Assembly: GCA_038248345.1 (NCBI GenBank)
Contig: JBBRXO010000004.1
Coordinates: forward strand, 1-64,000
DNA length: 64,000 nucleotides
Direction: 5' to 3'
Source: Armatimonadota bacterium
GTDB taxonomy: Bacteria > Armatimonadota > Hebobacteria > CAIYQO01
Part shown: positions 51,901-61,147 of the stretch, piece by piece
Layout of the letters: every line of letters begins with the position of its first letter
Position numbering within the stretch: position 1 is the first letter of the stretch
Made by a program: the position numbers and the translations under genes
Notes under the pieces: generated by a model
Told to the model about the DNA's origin: nothing
Database searches by the model: none
Seen by the model: the letters and a program-made list of their open reading frames with translations, nothing else

Positions 51901-52187
51901 ATTGTCCACTTACCGTCGCCCAATTTACGCACAACACTATCTTTCACTTCTTCAACAGTATATTTATCTGCCGTCACCACCATCTGCAGATAATTTTCTT
52001 TATCCTTCCACTCAAAGTACAACTGCGCCCCACCAACTGCATTAGCGTCGCGCTGTAAGGTGAAGGATAAATTATAACGATCGGTCGTTAACTGGCTATT
52101 GAATAATCCCGGGGGGGCCGCCATTAACGCGGTGGTGAACAACAATGAACTTAACAACAATACGAACAATGGTAACAATCTAGCCAT
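48999..52187 (-). CDS. Large secreted protein with repeated concanavalin-A/LamG-like beta-sandwich domains
   Basis: 1062 aa, signal peptide; YRFDEGSGD.VHD, TIELW, HFVITFD...YRDG LamG pattern; GAVGL...VFDDITV beta-sandwich pattern. Confidence 0.75.
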   Translation of the reverse strand: MARLLPLFVLLLSSLLFTTALMAAPPGLFNSQLTTDRYNLSFTLQRDANAVGGAQLYFEWKDKENYLQMVVTADKYTVEEVKDSVVRKLGDGKWTIAPDAPFSFSIMRRGEELSVEQAEAAIWSGTVTRAPGKEAGITLDAGWMATNNRLQRLSAVDFADNFMRTPKEPDMWTVQSGKWALQSAWDNDPHGNANKNSFSNFAANPFAWIGNNPNGAALCTTGNNFWEDYTMTVAAHPMPGCSLGIVVNMTDEKHGLLLRWTAASDRGPVGNTLGLYKYDDGVLTAIKEVQGGFIPEKWVKIAVDSRPERLRVFIDGQQRISVAGVSPWRGAVGLYTEGAAGVVFDDITVYGNSLNTDIKAEMALAKITEKFSHDNAGHLQQWSAPKDWLPLNTNPSHKVYRLDTVGDQWISATVHPALKAPNKVILNSTVPNELLLALNTDGVDVNSGYRALVVIAPDRLSTSYTLFRGMDQLATTTGDVLVNNEEYNFRLWHMGDKVYLEQDGTKVLAVIDTNPMVGVHPAYRATGCFLKNLKDPLVMSHNVLDYIFDDAPADWVNDGTWISTTRWACSPQWSFFAGWGRGDVALWQKNRFNGNHTFEAFVGIKMEYPREIDQYEDRYRDLSIAICGDGKNPRSGYSGIFGAPDLQGNPGKRMVILRDGVEVASTLTNMSNRWANHRDWVHLQLQLNGNQVTFSAENNKLIYTDPTLLAGGIPAIWTTNNGISVARARIFFTKPPVPRTEPQVILNQRELPEWVNVGTPLELDFYDSWSTTGKPVTLQVIKHQVPAEEKAEPVVIGNKVVFAPTAPGPHWYSIVATDGENTSPPFQLNVPVFAPALQRDDNMALVLYRFDEGSGDIVHDLSKVGNPVDLQIPAGGIYNWLPGRGLHLVKTMPLTSFSPLDKILSIGETNAGTIELWLNTDTMYPLTTDWGANIISLGSPSEFGKTNFAVGTRMNFITAAGPIQGTQELTVHRTSLHHFVITFDDKITTIYRDGVNVGTMNVAWQAKNWKGTLPLLLGSNNSNTKTYQGTFLLAAIHDVILSADQVKTHYQAGPDAAEKATK

Positions 52188-52245
52188 CTATCTCAATACC
52201 TCCATGGGGGTTGGCACCAGCCATCTGGCTGGCCCCTATTATTAT

Positions 52246-52272
52246 TTAGACGCAATTTCACGTAAAAAGTTC
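52246..52272 (-). promoter_or_regulatory. ECF sigma (RpoE/AlgU-type) promoter
   Basis: GAACTT (52272-52267), 16 nt, TCTAA (52250-52246), ~60 nt upstream of the 1062-aa gene. Confidence 0.6.
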
Positions 52273-52315
52273 ACAATATGACCAGATTAGCGTATCATCT
52301 TGTTATCAATTTCAT

Positions 52316-53209
52316 GTGAGGTACCGATATATGTGGGCATTTCTGGCATTCCTGGTTGTTACGCAGGCAAAAAATCAACTTCCATCCGATGCGGATGTCG
52401 CGGCAAAAATCCAGACGGCTATCCATGCACAGATTAATCCTAAAAGTCTGACAGTTACCGTAACGCGAAAATCTAACTTTGATGAGGATTTACAGCATCT
52501 GGAAATTACCATGAGCGGCTTCAAGGTAACGGATATGCCTTTTGCCGACCTACCCGCTGATGATGCAAAACCAGTAGTAGTGGCAAAACCAGCAAAGAAA
52601 CATCCTACCACCAGCCTGGAAAAACAGCCCGCATTGCTGCAACCGAGTACCAAAGACTATCGCATTGTAACTGCACATGTGGTATGTACAGATTTTTACA
52701 TCAAGGACTTGAAGATAGCGCGCCTGGAGTTAAATATCACCGAAGGACGCTTGCCCCGTGCAGGTATTGGCGCTAACAAAGCGGTACTCTCCGCCGCTCG
52801 TGATGTGACCGGTACCATGACGTTGGCCGAGGACGACATCACCACTTTCCTGATATTGCTAAACACACTACCTGTTCAATCTCCGAATGTACGCATCAAA
52901 AAAGAGCACGTGACGATAAATGGCAACACACCCTGGGTAGTATTGAAAGTGCCGATCACCATCCCGGTGGCAGTCACCGGCAATTTCTCCGCCCGGAATG
53001 GAGCTGTGCTTTACCTGGACAACCCCACCCTGAATATCGAATTGATGAATATGCCCAAAGCCGTCGCGGATAAAATCCTAAAAAACCTGAATCCGTTGGT
53101 AGATCTGAATGGCGCCCTGACATTGCACGTGCCGATCACCATTACCAGCACCAGCACTGAAGAGCGGAAGCTTATCCTGACTGGCTCACTAGCGTATCCG
53201 AAACCCTAA
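52316..53209 (+). CDS. Secreted protein, DUF2993/LmeA-like
   Basis: Signal-like N-terminus; TMTLAEDDITTFL and LNPLVDL...PITITS...LILTG patterns; start uncertain. Confidence 0.6.
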   Translation: MRYRYMWAFLAFLVVTQAKNQLPSDADVAAKIQTAIHAQINPKSLTVTVTRKSNFDEDLQHLEITMSGFKVTDMPFADLPADDAKPVVVAKPAKKHPTTSLEKQPALLQPSTKDYRIVTAHVVCTDFYIKDLKIARLELNITEGRLPRAGIGANKAVLSAARDVTGTMTLAEDDITTFLILLNTLPVQSPNVRIKKEHVTINGNTPWVVLKVPITIPVAVTGNFSARNGAVLYLDNPTLNIELMNMPKAVADKILKNLNPLVDLNGALTLHVPITITSTSTEERKLILTGSLAYPKP

Positions 53210-53235
53210 CGTGAGCTTCGCCCCTACTCTCTTCA

Positions 53236-53679
53236 TTATGCAAACATTTGCTGCAATCGTGGTTCGGTCAACTTCAAACCGTTGTAACCAGCCGCCCGGC
53301 CAACGAGCTTACCTTCACGATCAAAGAGGAAATAAGCGGGGACGAATTCATTTTGGAACAGATCAGTTACATCATGGGTATTATCGATCCCAAGTAATTC
53401 GGTGATGCCCATCTTTTGTGCATCGGCGAAAATGCTGGGAACATCCATCTCCTCTTCCGAGCGAGGAATGTGTATCGCTACGGTCACCAGTCCCTGTGAT
53501 CCGTATTGATCACGCCAGACACCGATTGTGGGCATATTCTCATGGCATATGTGGCAACCGATCGCCCAGAAGTGCACCAACACGGGCTTCCCCACCAATA
53601 ATGACTCATCCCAGGTACCATTCACCCACTCAGTCGCCCCGGCAAGTGAGGGAATCGCTGCGCCTAAACGTAATGGCAT
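53236..53679 (-). CDS. Thiol-disulfide oxidoreductase (YkuV/TlpA-like redoxin)
   Basis: HFWAIGCHIC, IHIPRSE, FVPAYFLFD. Confidence 0.88.
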   Translation of the reverse strand: MPLRLGAAIPSLAGATEWVNGTWDESLLVGKPVLVHFWAIGCHICHENMPTIGVWRDQYGSQGLVTVAIHIPRSEEEMDVPSIFADAQKMGITELLGIDNTHDVTDLFQNEFVPAYFLFDREGKLVGRAAGYNGLKLTEPRLQQMFA

Positions 53680-53692
53680 GATTGTCTCCTAT

Positions 53693-53731
53693 AAAAAACC
53701 CTTTGGTCGGCTATTCTACCGGCCAAAGGGT
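53693..53731 (-). terminator. Intrinsic terminator between the peroxiredoxin and redoxin genes
   Basis: ACCCTTTGGTCGG / CCGGCCAAAGGGT stem followed by a T run on the minus strand. Confidence 0.75.
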
Positions 53732-53754
53732 ATCTGCACTAGCACTTATCCAAT

Positions 53755-54330
53755 CTACAGTGTTTTCTCACCCGGTTTCCATTGTGCCGGGCACAGACCG
53801 CCAGTCTGCAATGCTTCCAGTACGCGTAGGGTCTCGTCAACGCTACGACCAATGTTCAGGTTATGCACTACGGAATACTGCAGCATCCCTTCGGGATCGA
53901 TAATAAACAGACCGCGTAGAGCAATACCATCATCTTCCAGTAACACGCCATAGGCATCAGATACTTCGTGAGTCATGTCAGAGGCCAGCGGGAATTTGAC
54001 GCCTTCGATGCCACCTTTGGCACGCGGTGTCTGCAACCAGGCCCGATGGCTATACACTGAGTCGGTAGAAATACCCAATACTTCCGCGCCCAGGTTCTCA
54101 AATTCGTCCAGCCGATCGCTGATCGCAGTGATCTCCGTCGGGCAAACGAAGGTGAAGTCCAACGGATAGAAGAAAAGCACCAGCCATTTGCCATCATAAT
54201 CAAATAGCGAAACCTCTTCATCCAGCTTCTCCAAGTTTTTCGTTGAAGGCATGACAAAATCAGGTGCCATCTCGCCAACTTTCGCCTGGTAGCTTTCTTC
54301 ATCGTCATGCATGTCGCAACATTCGCTCAT
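53755..54330 (-). CDS. ahpC: 2-Cys peroxiredoxin (AhpC/YkuU-like)
   Basis: [38 protein letters not shown] before ATG 54330. Confidence 0.93.
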   Translation of the reverse strand: MSECCDMHDDEESYQAKVGEMAPDFVMPSTKNLEKLDEEVSLFDYDGKWLVLFFYPLDFTFVCPTEITAISDRLDEFENLGAEVLGISTDSVYSHRAWLQTPRAKGGIEGVKFPLASDMTHEVSDAYGVLLEDDGIALRGLFIIDPEGMLQYSVVHNLNIGRSVDETLRVLEALQTGGLCPAQWKPGEKTL

Positions 54331-54442
54331 GGTATTCGTTCTCCTTTTCAAAATCTCTCTGTATTCTATTACAAAATCACGGTGACCGGAAACTATACAC
54401 GACTGTTATTGTCGTATATCTCGTACATTCTAGCAGAATTTT

Positions 54443-55063
54443 CTATCTCAGTATATACAACTTCTCTCTGGTTATGTAGTCTACTACTGCTGGCGGAGTC
54501 AGCTCGCTAATACTTAGCCCCTGCTGTACACGCTGGCGGATATCCGTAGCTGAGATATCAATACCGGATATCTCCACCAGCGATATTGCGCTATACTCCG
54601 GCCTGGCAACCAGCGACCGCAACGGCTCCTCCCCCACCCCAGGTCGCGTCACCGCTACAACTTTAGCCAGCTCCATGATGCCAGCGGGGTTATACCAGTA
54701 CGGGAAATCAACCGCCATATCCGCTCCCAATATCAGGTACAGCTCCATATCCTGGTATAATGCATGTAACTCGCGCATGGTCTCTACTGTGTACGATGGC
54801 CCTTCTCGATTAACTTCCATGCGGCTTAGTTGGAAATACGGCTTATCCGCGATAGCCAATTGCACCATCTGGCAGCGCTGTTCACCTGCCGTGCGTTCAC
54901 CACGCTTGTGTGGTGGTGTCCCCGCCGGGATGAAGAGCACGGCATCGAGATAAAATGTCGTGCGAACAACCTCGGCTATCGCCAGGTGGCCGTTATGAAT
55001 CGGGTCAAATGTTCCCCCCAGCACGCCTATTCGGCTGCCAGCAGCAAATGTTTTCTCAAGCAT
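54443..55063 (-). CDS. nadD: Nicotinate-nucleotide adenylyltransferase
   Basis: GGTFDPIHNGH, PPHK, SYTVET, GAD, ISATDIR. Confidence 0.95.
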   Translation of the reverse strand: MLEKTFAAGSRIGVLGGTFDPIHNGHLAIAEVVRTTFYLDAVLFIPAGTPPHKRGERTAGEQRCQMVQLAIADKPYFQLSRMEVNREGPSYTVETMRELHALYQDMELYLILGADMAVDFPYWYNPAGIMELAKVVAVTRPGVGEEPLRSLVARPEYSAISLVEISGIDISATDIRQRVQQGLSISELTPPAVVDYITREKLYILR

Positions 55064-55137
55064 ATGCGTATAATATGCGACGTCACGAGGGATTTTCCTG
55101 CTAGTTGGCGAATAATACTGCTATCGGAGTCATTTTT

Positions 55138-56331
55138 ATGCGAATCGCCTATTTCGATTGTATCTCTGGCATCAGCGGCAACATGGCGCTAGGTGCCATG
55201 ATTGCTTGCGGGTTGGATGTTGAATACTTGCGTACGGAGCTGGCAAAACTCCCCATCGGTGAATGGGAGTTGTCCGCAACGCAAGTGCAGAAACTTGGCA
55301 TCGCCGCCACCCACGTTGATGTTGACGATCATCCACACCAGCACGAGCAAGAGCATCACCATCATCACCCACATCGTAACCTGGCAGATATTCTGGCAAT
55401 CATCAATGCTGCTGATCTTACCCACGGAGTAAGGGAAAAGGCGACGGCGGTGTTCACCCGCCTGGCCGCAGCCGAAGCGCAGGTACACGGTAGCACCGTG
55501 GCTGAAGTACATTTCCACGAAGTTGGCGCTATTGATGCAATCATCGACATCGTCGGATTCTGTATTGGCATTGTGGAACTAGGGATTGAACAGATAGTAT
55601 CATCACCACTGCCACTCGGTAGCGGCTGGGTAAAATGCGCACACGGCGTCTTCCCGGTACCCGCCCCTGCCACCGCATTGCTGACCAAAGGCTTCCCAAT
55701 CGCCAGCACCGACATTGAGGCGGAGTTAGTGACCCCCACCGGGGCGGCACTCATCACCACATTGGCGGACTCTTTCGGCCCACTACCCTCGATGGTGATG
55801 CGACAAGTAGGCTACGGCGCGGGCACGAGAGAGCTACCCCGCCCGAATGTGCTACGCCTGTTCCTCGGAGAAACTGCGTACACTTCAGAAGAGCCGGAGG
55901 AGATCGTAGTGCTGGAGGCTAATCTGGACGATATCACCGGTGAGACGCTGGGATATGCTCTGGATCGCCTCTTCGCCGCGGGGGCGCTGGATGTCTTTTT
56001 CTCGCCAATCCAGATGAAGAAGAACCGCCCCGGCATCCTGCTGCAGGTACTTTGTACCATCGATATGGAAAACGACTGCACCCATATCATATTCAGTGAG
56101 ACGACTACTCTCGGTGTACGCCGCACCGCCTGCACCCGCAAAGTGTTGCCCAGACATCACGTCAATGTGGCCACCATCTGGGGAGAAGTGCGCATGAAGG
56201 TCAGCTGTTGGAACGGTATAGAACGCGCCGCACCGGAATACGAAGATTGCCGTCAACTGGCGGAAGAGCACGATATCCCGCTGCAGCAAATCTACACAGC
56301 CGCACATCTAAACTACCGCGAGGGAGGATAA
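55138..56331 (+). CDS. larC: Nickel-pincer cofactor nickel insertase LarC
   Basis: YFDCISGISGNM, His-rich insert, VHFHEVGAIDAIID, CAHG..PVPAPAT, ELVTPTGAA, QMKKNRPG, PEYEDC. Confidence 0.94.
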   Translation: MRIAYFDCISGISGNMALGAMIACGLDVEYLRTELAKLPIGEWELSATQVQKLGIAATHVDVDDHPHQHEQEHHHHHPHRNLADILAIINAADLTHGVREKATAVFTRLAAAEAQVHGSTVAEVHFHEVGAIDAIIDIVGFCIGIVELGIEQIVSSPLPLGSGWVKCAHGVFPVPAPATALLTKGFPIASTDIEAELVTPTGAALITTLADSFGPLPSMVMRQVGYGAGTRELPRPNVLRLFLGETAYTSEEPEEIVVLEANLDDITGETLGYALDRLFAAGALDVFFSPIQMKKNRPGILLQVLCTIDMENDCTHIIFSETTTLGVRRTACTRKVLPRHHVNVATIWGEVRMKVSCWNGIERAAPEYEDCRQLAEEHDIPLQQIYTAAHLNYREGG

Positions 56332-56332
56332 C

Positions 56333-57307
56333 ATGGAACTAACCGTTGATGCTCCTGGTTTGAGACTCGACCAGTACCTGACAGCCCACACCACTGACTT
56401 CTCCCGCGCGCGGCTACAACAATTGATCAAGGATGGCGAAGTGATGGTGAATGGGAGGCCAGCGAAAGCCAGCTATAAGGTGGAGAGCGAAGATGTTATC
56501 ACCCTCCATGTACCGGAACCGACTATACCACTGGACGTCTCCCCCGAGGATATCCCGTTGGATATCCTCTATCAGGACGCAGACCTGGTGGTGCTAAACA
56601 AACCGGTAGGGTTGGTGGTACATCCTGCTGCTGGCCATCATACCGGGACGCTGGTAAATGCCCTGCTGCATCATGTGCGCGACCTGTCCGGCATCGGTGG
56701 TGAACTACGCCCGGGGATAGTCCACCGACTGGATAAGGACACCAGTGGACTGATGCTGGTGGCGAAGAACGATATCGCCCACCGTGCCTTGGCGGAGATG
56801 ATCGAGAAGCGCGAAGTAATCCGCGAATACCGCGCACTGGCCTGGGGGAATTTCGACGAGGATACCTTCACCGTGGACGCGCCGCTGGGCCGCCACCTGC
56901 ATGACCGCCAACGCATGGCGGTGCTGGCCGGGGAGAATATCACCGCACGGCGCCGTCACGCTATCACGCACTTTACCGTGTCCGCACGTGGCGCCCATGT
57001 CACCGAGTTGTACGCGAAACTAGATACCGGCAGAACCCACCAGATCCGCGTACACTTGCATTATATCGGACATCCAGTGGTGGGCGACCCGCTCTATATG
57101 TCGCATCTCGCACGGCAACTATATCCATTGCTCAATTCGCTGGATACTGCCGCCATTGCCGCGCTTCCCGGCCAGGCGCTGCACGCCTTCCGTCTCACCT
57201 TCCCCCACCCGCGCACCGGAGAGATGATGAGATACGAGACTCCCCCACCAGCGACATATATGCGGGCATACGATGCACTGGTGGAGAGCAATTGTACCAG
57301 CGGGTAG
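56333..57307 (+). CDS. rluD: RluA-family pseudouridine synthase with S4 domain (RluD-like)
   Basis: RLDQYL S4 domain, NKPVGLVVHP, HRLDKDTSG, TGRTHQIRVH. Confidence 0.88.
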   Translation: MELTVDAPGLRLDQYLTAHTTDFSRARLQQLIKDGEVMVNGRPAKASYKVESEDVITLHVPEPTIPLDVSPEDIPLDILYQDADLVVLNKPVGLVVHPAAGHHTGTLVNALLHHVRDLSGIGGELRPGIVHRLDKDTSGLMLVAKNDIAHRALAEMIEKREVIREYRALAWGNFDEDTFTVDAPLGRHLHDRQRMAVLAGENITARRRHAITHFTVSARGAHVTELYAKLDTGRTHQIRVHLHYIGHPVVGDPLYMSHLARQLYPLLNSLDTAAIAALPGQALHAFRLTFPHPRTGEMMRYETPPPATYMRAYDALVESNCTSG

Positions 57308-57310
57308 TAA

Positions 57311-58504
57311 TCAGAACCGATCCCACATCCCCAGCATCGGATGTTGTGCTGGAAATAGCGCCAGCGCCAGCTCCGCCGCATCGCCGTATGTCTCTGCTCC
57401 GGCGGCGATAATTTCGCCCGGTTCAGCTGTACCCAGCAAAAATTGGACGATATTATCATTCGCAACTAATGCATGCAGCGTATCGACATTATCCGTCACC
57501 GTGACCTGATTATTAGATATCAACAATGATACCTGCTCTCCGGCACCGCGTAGTTGAAAAATCCCCGTCCAGTCACGCATAATGGAATTAGCAAGCCGGG
57601 CAGATAATTCCTCCGCCATCTTCGTGAGTGAACTCGATAAGTTCAGCACCCGCGCCATCGCACCGCCATTACGGCGCATACTTTGCTCAACACGGCAATT
57701 CCCACGCCGGAGGATTCTCGCCAACGGCGACATTAGATGCAGGCTGGGGAAATACACTTCTGTGCAGCATAGCTTGCTCGCACAGTGTCGCGTGGCCGCT
57801 AAAACATCTACCGGGTCGCCAGCGAAATCTACCAGCGACATTCTTTGGCCGTTTTGCTGTACCATGATATATCCAGCAGTCTCCCCATCTGCCCCGCGCC
57901 AGCGCCAGGCGGTGGGGATTCCTTCCATGCCACATCGAAGATATGTCGGACGCACCGCGGTACCAGTAAGTCCGGCGTTATACTTATTGGATAACCGAGC
58001 CAGTTCCGGCGTATGCATGGGTGCAATACTAGTTAAACGAAGCTGCTGCAACGGTAGATCATTCACTCCGGTCAGATAGGAGTTCTCCACCCAGGCACGC
58101 GTATAACCAAATCTATGATACATGTCATCAATGCCAAAGAGCACGCTCATATCGTAACCAGCATCCCGCATTGCTACGAAGGAGGCCGTCGCCGTTAGTG
58201 ACATCAAGCCCATCTTCCGCATTTCACCATGGGTAGCGACTAGGCCAATGCCGCCGACACGCAGCTCTGCTCCCCCCACGCGCATCTGATAATCCCAGAC
58301 CCCGAAATGCGACACTACCTGCCCATTAAGAATCCCCAGATGCGATGTATTGCTATCATAATGGCTGTTACCGAAATAGCAATCACGACACCACTTTTTT
58401 GCGTCAAAATAGTTACCACGAACGGGAAAGACCTTGCTCCCCAAATCATACAATTCTTCGCGATATCTCTTCCCAGATGGTACAATTACCAACTCGTCAG
58501 TCAT
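57311..58504 (-). CDS. GNAT acetyltransferase, Eis-like with SCP2-type C-terminus
   Basis: GGIGLVATH..RKMGL, SVLFGI..YHRFGY; SD AGGAG before ATG 58504. Confidence 0.85.
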   Translation of the reverse strand: MTDELVIVPSGKRYREELYDLGSKVFPVRGNYFDAKKWCRDCYFGNSHYDSNTSHLGILNGQVVSHFGVWDYQMRVGGAELRVGGIGLVATHGEMRKMGLMSLTATASFVAMRDAGYDMSVLFGIDDMYHRFGYTRAWVENSYLTGVNDLPLQQLRLTSIAPMHTPELARLSNKYNAGLTGTAVRPTYLRCGMEGIPTAWRWRGADGETAGYIMVQQNGQRMSLVDFAGDPVDVLAATRHCASKLCCTEVYFPSLHLMSPLARILRRGNCRVEQSMRRNGGAMARVLNLSSSLTKMAEELSARLANSIMRDWTGIFQLRGAGEQVSLLISNNQVTVTDNVDTLHALVANDNIVQFLLGTAEPGEIIAAGAETYGDAAELALALFPAQHPMLGMWDRF

Positions 58505-58554
58505 TCTCCTATTCCTCCTGCAGATACTCTGCCTCGAACCTGATAGGTAAACAG

Positions 58555-60561
58555 TTAGGGACAGATACCCATTTGAATATCCATTACTTTCGGTTGCCAT
58601 TTATTGTCTATTGGTGGCAGAGCGGGGACTTCACCACTGCTCTGTGCCGCGGCACACATCTGCCTGAGTATCACAATCGTAGCCTCCATCTCTTCGGCCA
58701 CTTCCATCTGGTACTCCTGCACTGGCTTAAGACCGGCTTTATGAGCACGTGCTCGCCACAATGGTGCGACCATCTCCGGGACTGATACGGCCATCTTTAT
58801 CAATACCTGCAGATCTTCAACTAATAAATCCACCGCCGTTATGAAGCCCATAACATCACCGTTATTCTTCATTTCCTTATAGGAATGATGGAAAGCGACC
58901 AGCGTGCGCGCCTTCATCGACAATAGCAGTTGTTGATATGCCGCCTGGTACAGTTCCTGCACTACCAGCGGCTGGCGTGTATACAACGTTTTGCTTGCTA
59001 GTATCTCGTGGGCATGTCGGGCATCAGCTACCATCTTTTCGGTATATTCCGGCTTCAGCAGCTCACGATAGACCTCACCTTGCAGGCATTTCTGGTGCAT
59101 AGTAACTGCACCCTGGATTAGTACACCGGGAGCAGGCTCCATGGCACTCTCCAGGTAATGTATGGCATTTAGCGCCTGATCGCCGAATAGACCAAAAAAT
59201 AGCCGACCGAAAGCATCATCGAAATGCTCTACCTTGCCAAAATTCCAGCTCTGCGCTGCCCCATAGGCGTATGCATAATAGCTCACCCCTTGCAGGTTAT
59301 AATGTCCACCGTCACCCCAATCTGTATTCAATAACCCTTCCGCACCGAACTTGACGGCATATTCCGTCATGATGCTGACATTATCCCGCATAACTTGTTG
59401 CGCCGGAAAGTAGTTATTCCATGAGTTCGTACCCGGACATAGATAGAAACGCTTGCCTGCTTCGGCGAAGGGACGCACTCGGTCTTCGCCCTCATGCCCG
59501 TAATCCCACTGCAGAGTAATGACATCTTCCGGTATCTCTGCGATCAGCTCCGGGTAATCCAGAATAATATCACCCCAAAACATAATTTTTCTGCCATATT
59601 TTTGCGCCAGCTCACGAACCTTCAGCAGATGTTCCAGATATACCCGCCCTTTCCCTACCTCCGCCACACGTTTCGCGCTTTTTCCTTTCCCCAGATCGAA
59701 AGTCTCATCTGCATCAATATTAAAGAGTTTTGAGTGGAAGTTAGGAAGAAATTCGGCATATAATTCATCGAGCAATTCATAGGTTTCCGGCACCGCCGGT
59801 GACAGTGTCCATTTGCTTTCACTCTCAGCAAGATGCTGATAACGCTCAAGGTTTAGCATATGCCCCTGGTGTCCGAATGATTGCAAGTTCGGCACCAGCT
59901 CAATGTGACGAGCAATACATGCCGCATCCACAATGAGAATATCCTCCGGCGTCAACGGCCCATGCCCCTTACCGATCTCCGGGTGCGATGGCCAGGCGAA
60001 GGTGTGCTCGATGTAAAGCTGAAATTGATTGATCTTCCAACTAGCCAGCAAATCTACCGTCTGCAATAGATCCTTCACCGTTGGCACTTTCCCTCGTGAA
60101 ATATCCAACATCACCCCACGGACCGGCAATATCGGATAATCGGTGATACTCATTCCGGGAAGCTTGCTGCCGCGCTGGTCGACTAATTGACGAAGTGTCT
60201 GAACCGCATAGAACAATCCAGCGGCATCCGCCCCGACTACTAACACTCTGTCTGCAGTAATTCTTATGCAGTATCCCTGTGCGGGTAATTCCGGAAGATC
60301 TTCGCCACACAACCATGCATCGTCACGATCAGCACGTACTAGTAATATCCGTCGCAACGCCAGACCATCGGCAAAGCGCCGGTGAACTTCAATTTTAAGC
60401 CCAGTGGATGCTTTAATCCCATTTTTCAATTGCATCGCTGCAAATTGGTCGGCATCATCTGCATCCGCCGGGAGTATTATCACCGAGTTGCGTGATAACT
60501 GATGCTTGGCTTCAGTTACATCAATTGTGACTGGTTGCGGGATAAACAGTAATTTCTTCAT
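58555..60561 (-). CDS. Glycoside hydrolase family 20 (beta-N-acetylhexosaminidase-like)
   Basis: GLFYAVQTLRQL, RGVMLDISRG, SFGH, catalytic DE in NIDADE, MFWGD, TDWGDGGH. Confidence 0.9.
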   Translation of the reverse strand: MKKLLFIPQPVTIDVTEAKHQLSRNSVIILPADADDADQFAAMQLKNGIKASTGLKIEVHRRFADGLALRRILLVRADRDDAWLCGEDLPELPAQGYCIRITADRVLVVGADAAGLFYAVQTLRQLVDQRGSKLPGMSITDYPILPVRGVMLDISRGKVPTVKDLLQTVDLLASWKINQFQLYIEHTFAWPSHPEIGKGHGPLTPEDILIVDAACIARHIELVPNLQSFGHQGHMLNLERYQHLAESESKWTLSPAVPETYELLDELYAEFLPNFHSKLFNIDADETFDLGKGKSAKRVAEVGKGRVYLEHLLKVRELAQKYGRKIMFWGDIILDYPELIAEIPEDVITLQWDYGHEGEDRVRPFAEAGKRFYLCPGTNSWNNYFPAQQVMRDNVSIMTEYAVKFGAEGLLNTDWGDGGHYNLQGVSYYAYAYGAAQSWNFGKVEHFDDAFGRLFFGLFGDQALNAIHYLESAMEPAPGVLIQGAVTMHQKCLQGEVYRELLKPEYTEKMVADARHAHEILASKTLYTRQPLVVQELYQAAYQQLLLSMKARTLVAFHHSYKEMKNNGDVMGFITAVDLLVEDLQVLIKMAVSVPEMVAPLWRARAHKAGLKPVQEYQMEVAEEMEATIVILRQMCAAAQSSGEVPALPPIDNKWQPKVMDIQMGICP

Positions 60562-60676
60562 TTGTTGATCCTTTTGCAATATACGCTTGGCATATTATAG
60601 GGGATTTTTTCTTCATCTGATAGTCTAATCGGCCTTCTCCAATTTGTTCGATCTACCCATCGCGACAAAACCACAT

Positions 60677-60690
60677 TTTTCCGCTATAAT
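60677..60690 (+). promoter_or_regulatory. rnpB -10 element
   Basis: TATAAT ending 7 nt before the RNA 5' end. Confidence 0.65.
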
Positions 60691-60697
60691 ACCTCAT

Positions 60698-61055
60698 GGA
60701 GTCGGTTAGGTGATTGCTCTGAGTTTTCCTCAGGGAGGAAAGTCCGGACTCTGTAGGGCAGCGTGCTTGTTAATGGCAAGGCGGGGTGACCCGACGGAAA
60801 GTGCAACAGAAAACAAACCGCCACACCGGAAACGGTGCGGTAAGGGTGAAAAGGTGCGGTAAGAGCGCACCGGCGGGGCGGAGACGTCTCGGCCTGGTAA
60901 ACCCCACGCAGAGCAAGGGACGATAGGGGTGCCCCCGTAAATCCGGGGAGCAGTGGCCCGCTGTAGACATCCGGGTGTCCCGCGCGAGGCGGTCAGCAAT
61001 GGCCGTCCCAGATAGATAATCATCCACGACAAAATCCGGCTTATCGACCGACTCC
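60698..61055 (+). ncRNA. rnpB: RNase P RNA (bacterial type A)
   Basis: GAGGAAAGTCCG, AGTGCAACAGAAA, GGTAAACCCC, AAAATCCGGCTTAT conserved regions; P1 GGAGTCGGT / ACCGACTCC. Confidence 0.97.
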
Positions 61056-61061
61056 AACACC

Positions 61062-61147
61062 GTAGCATGGGCGTCCCGCCCATGAAATCGCAGTTACGGC
61101 AAAACTTATTGAATTGCCCGTTCTCATAGGCGGTACGCCTATGCTAC
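61062..61147. repeat. GTAG-type REP doublet (REPIN-like)
   Basis: GTAGCATGGGCGTCCCGCCCATG (61062-61084) and inverted copy CATAGGCGGTACGCCTATGCTAC (61125-61147). Confidence 0.8.

Noticed and set aside
55138..56331. Split larC with programmed frameshift
   Set aside because: A single uninterrupted ORF covers both halves
60730..61083. ORFs antisense to rnpB
   Set aside because: Spurious translations of the RNase P RNA gene
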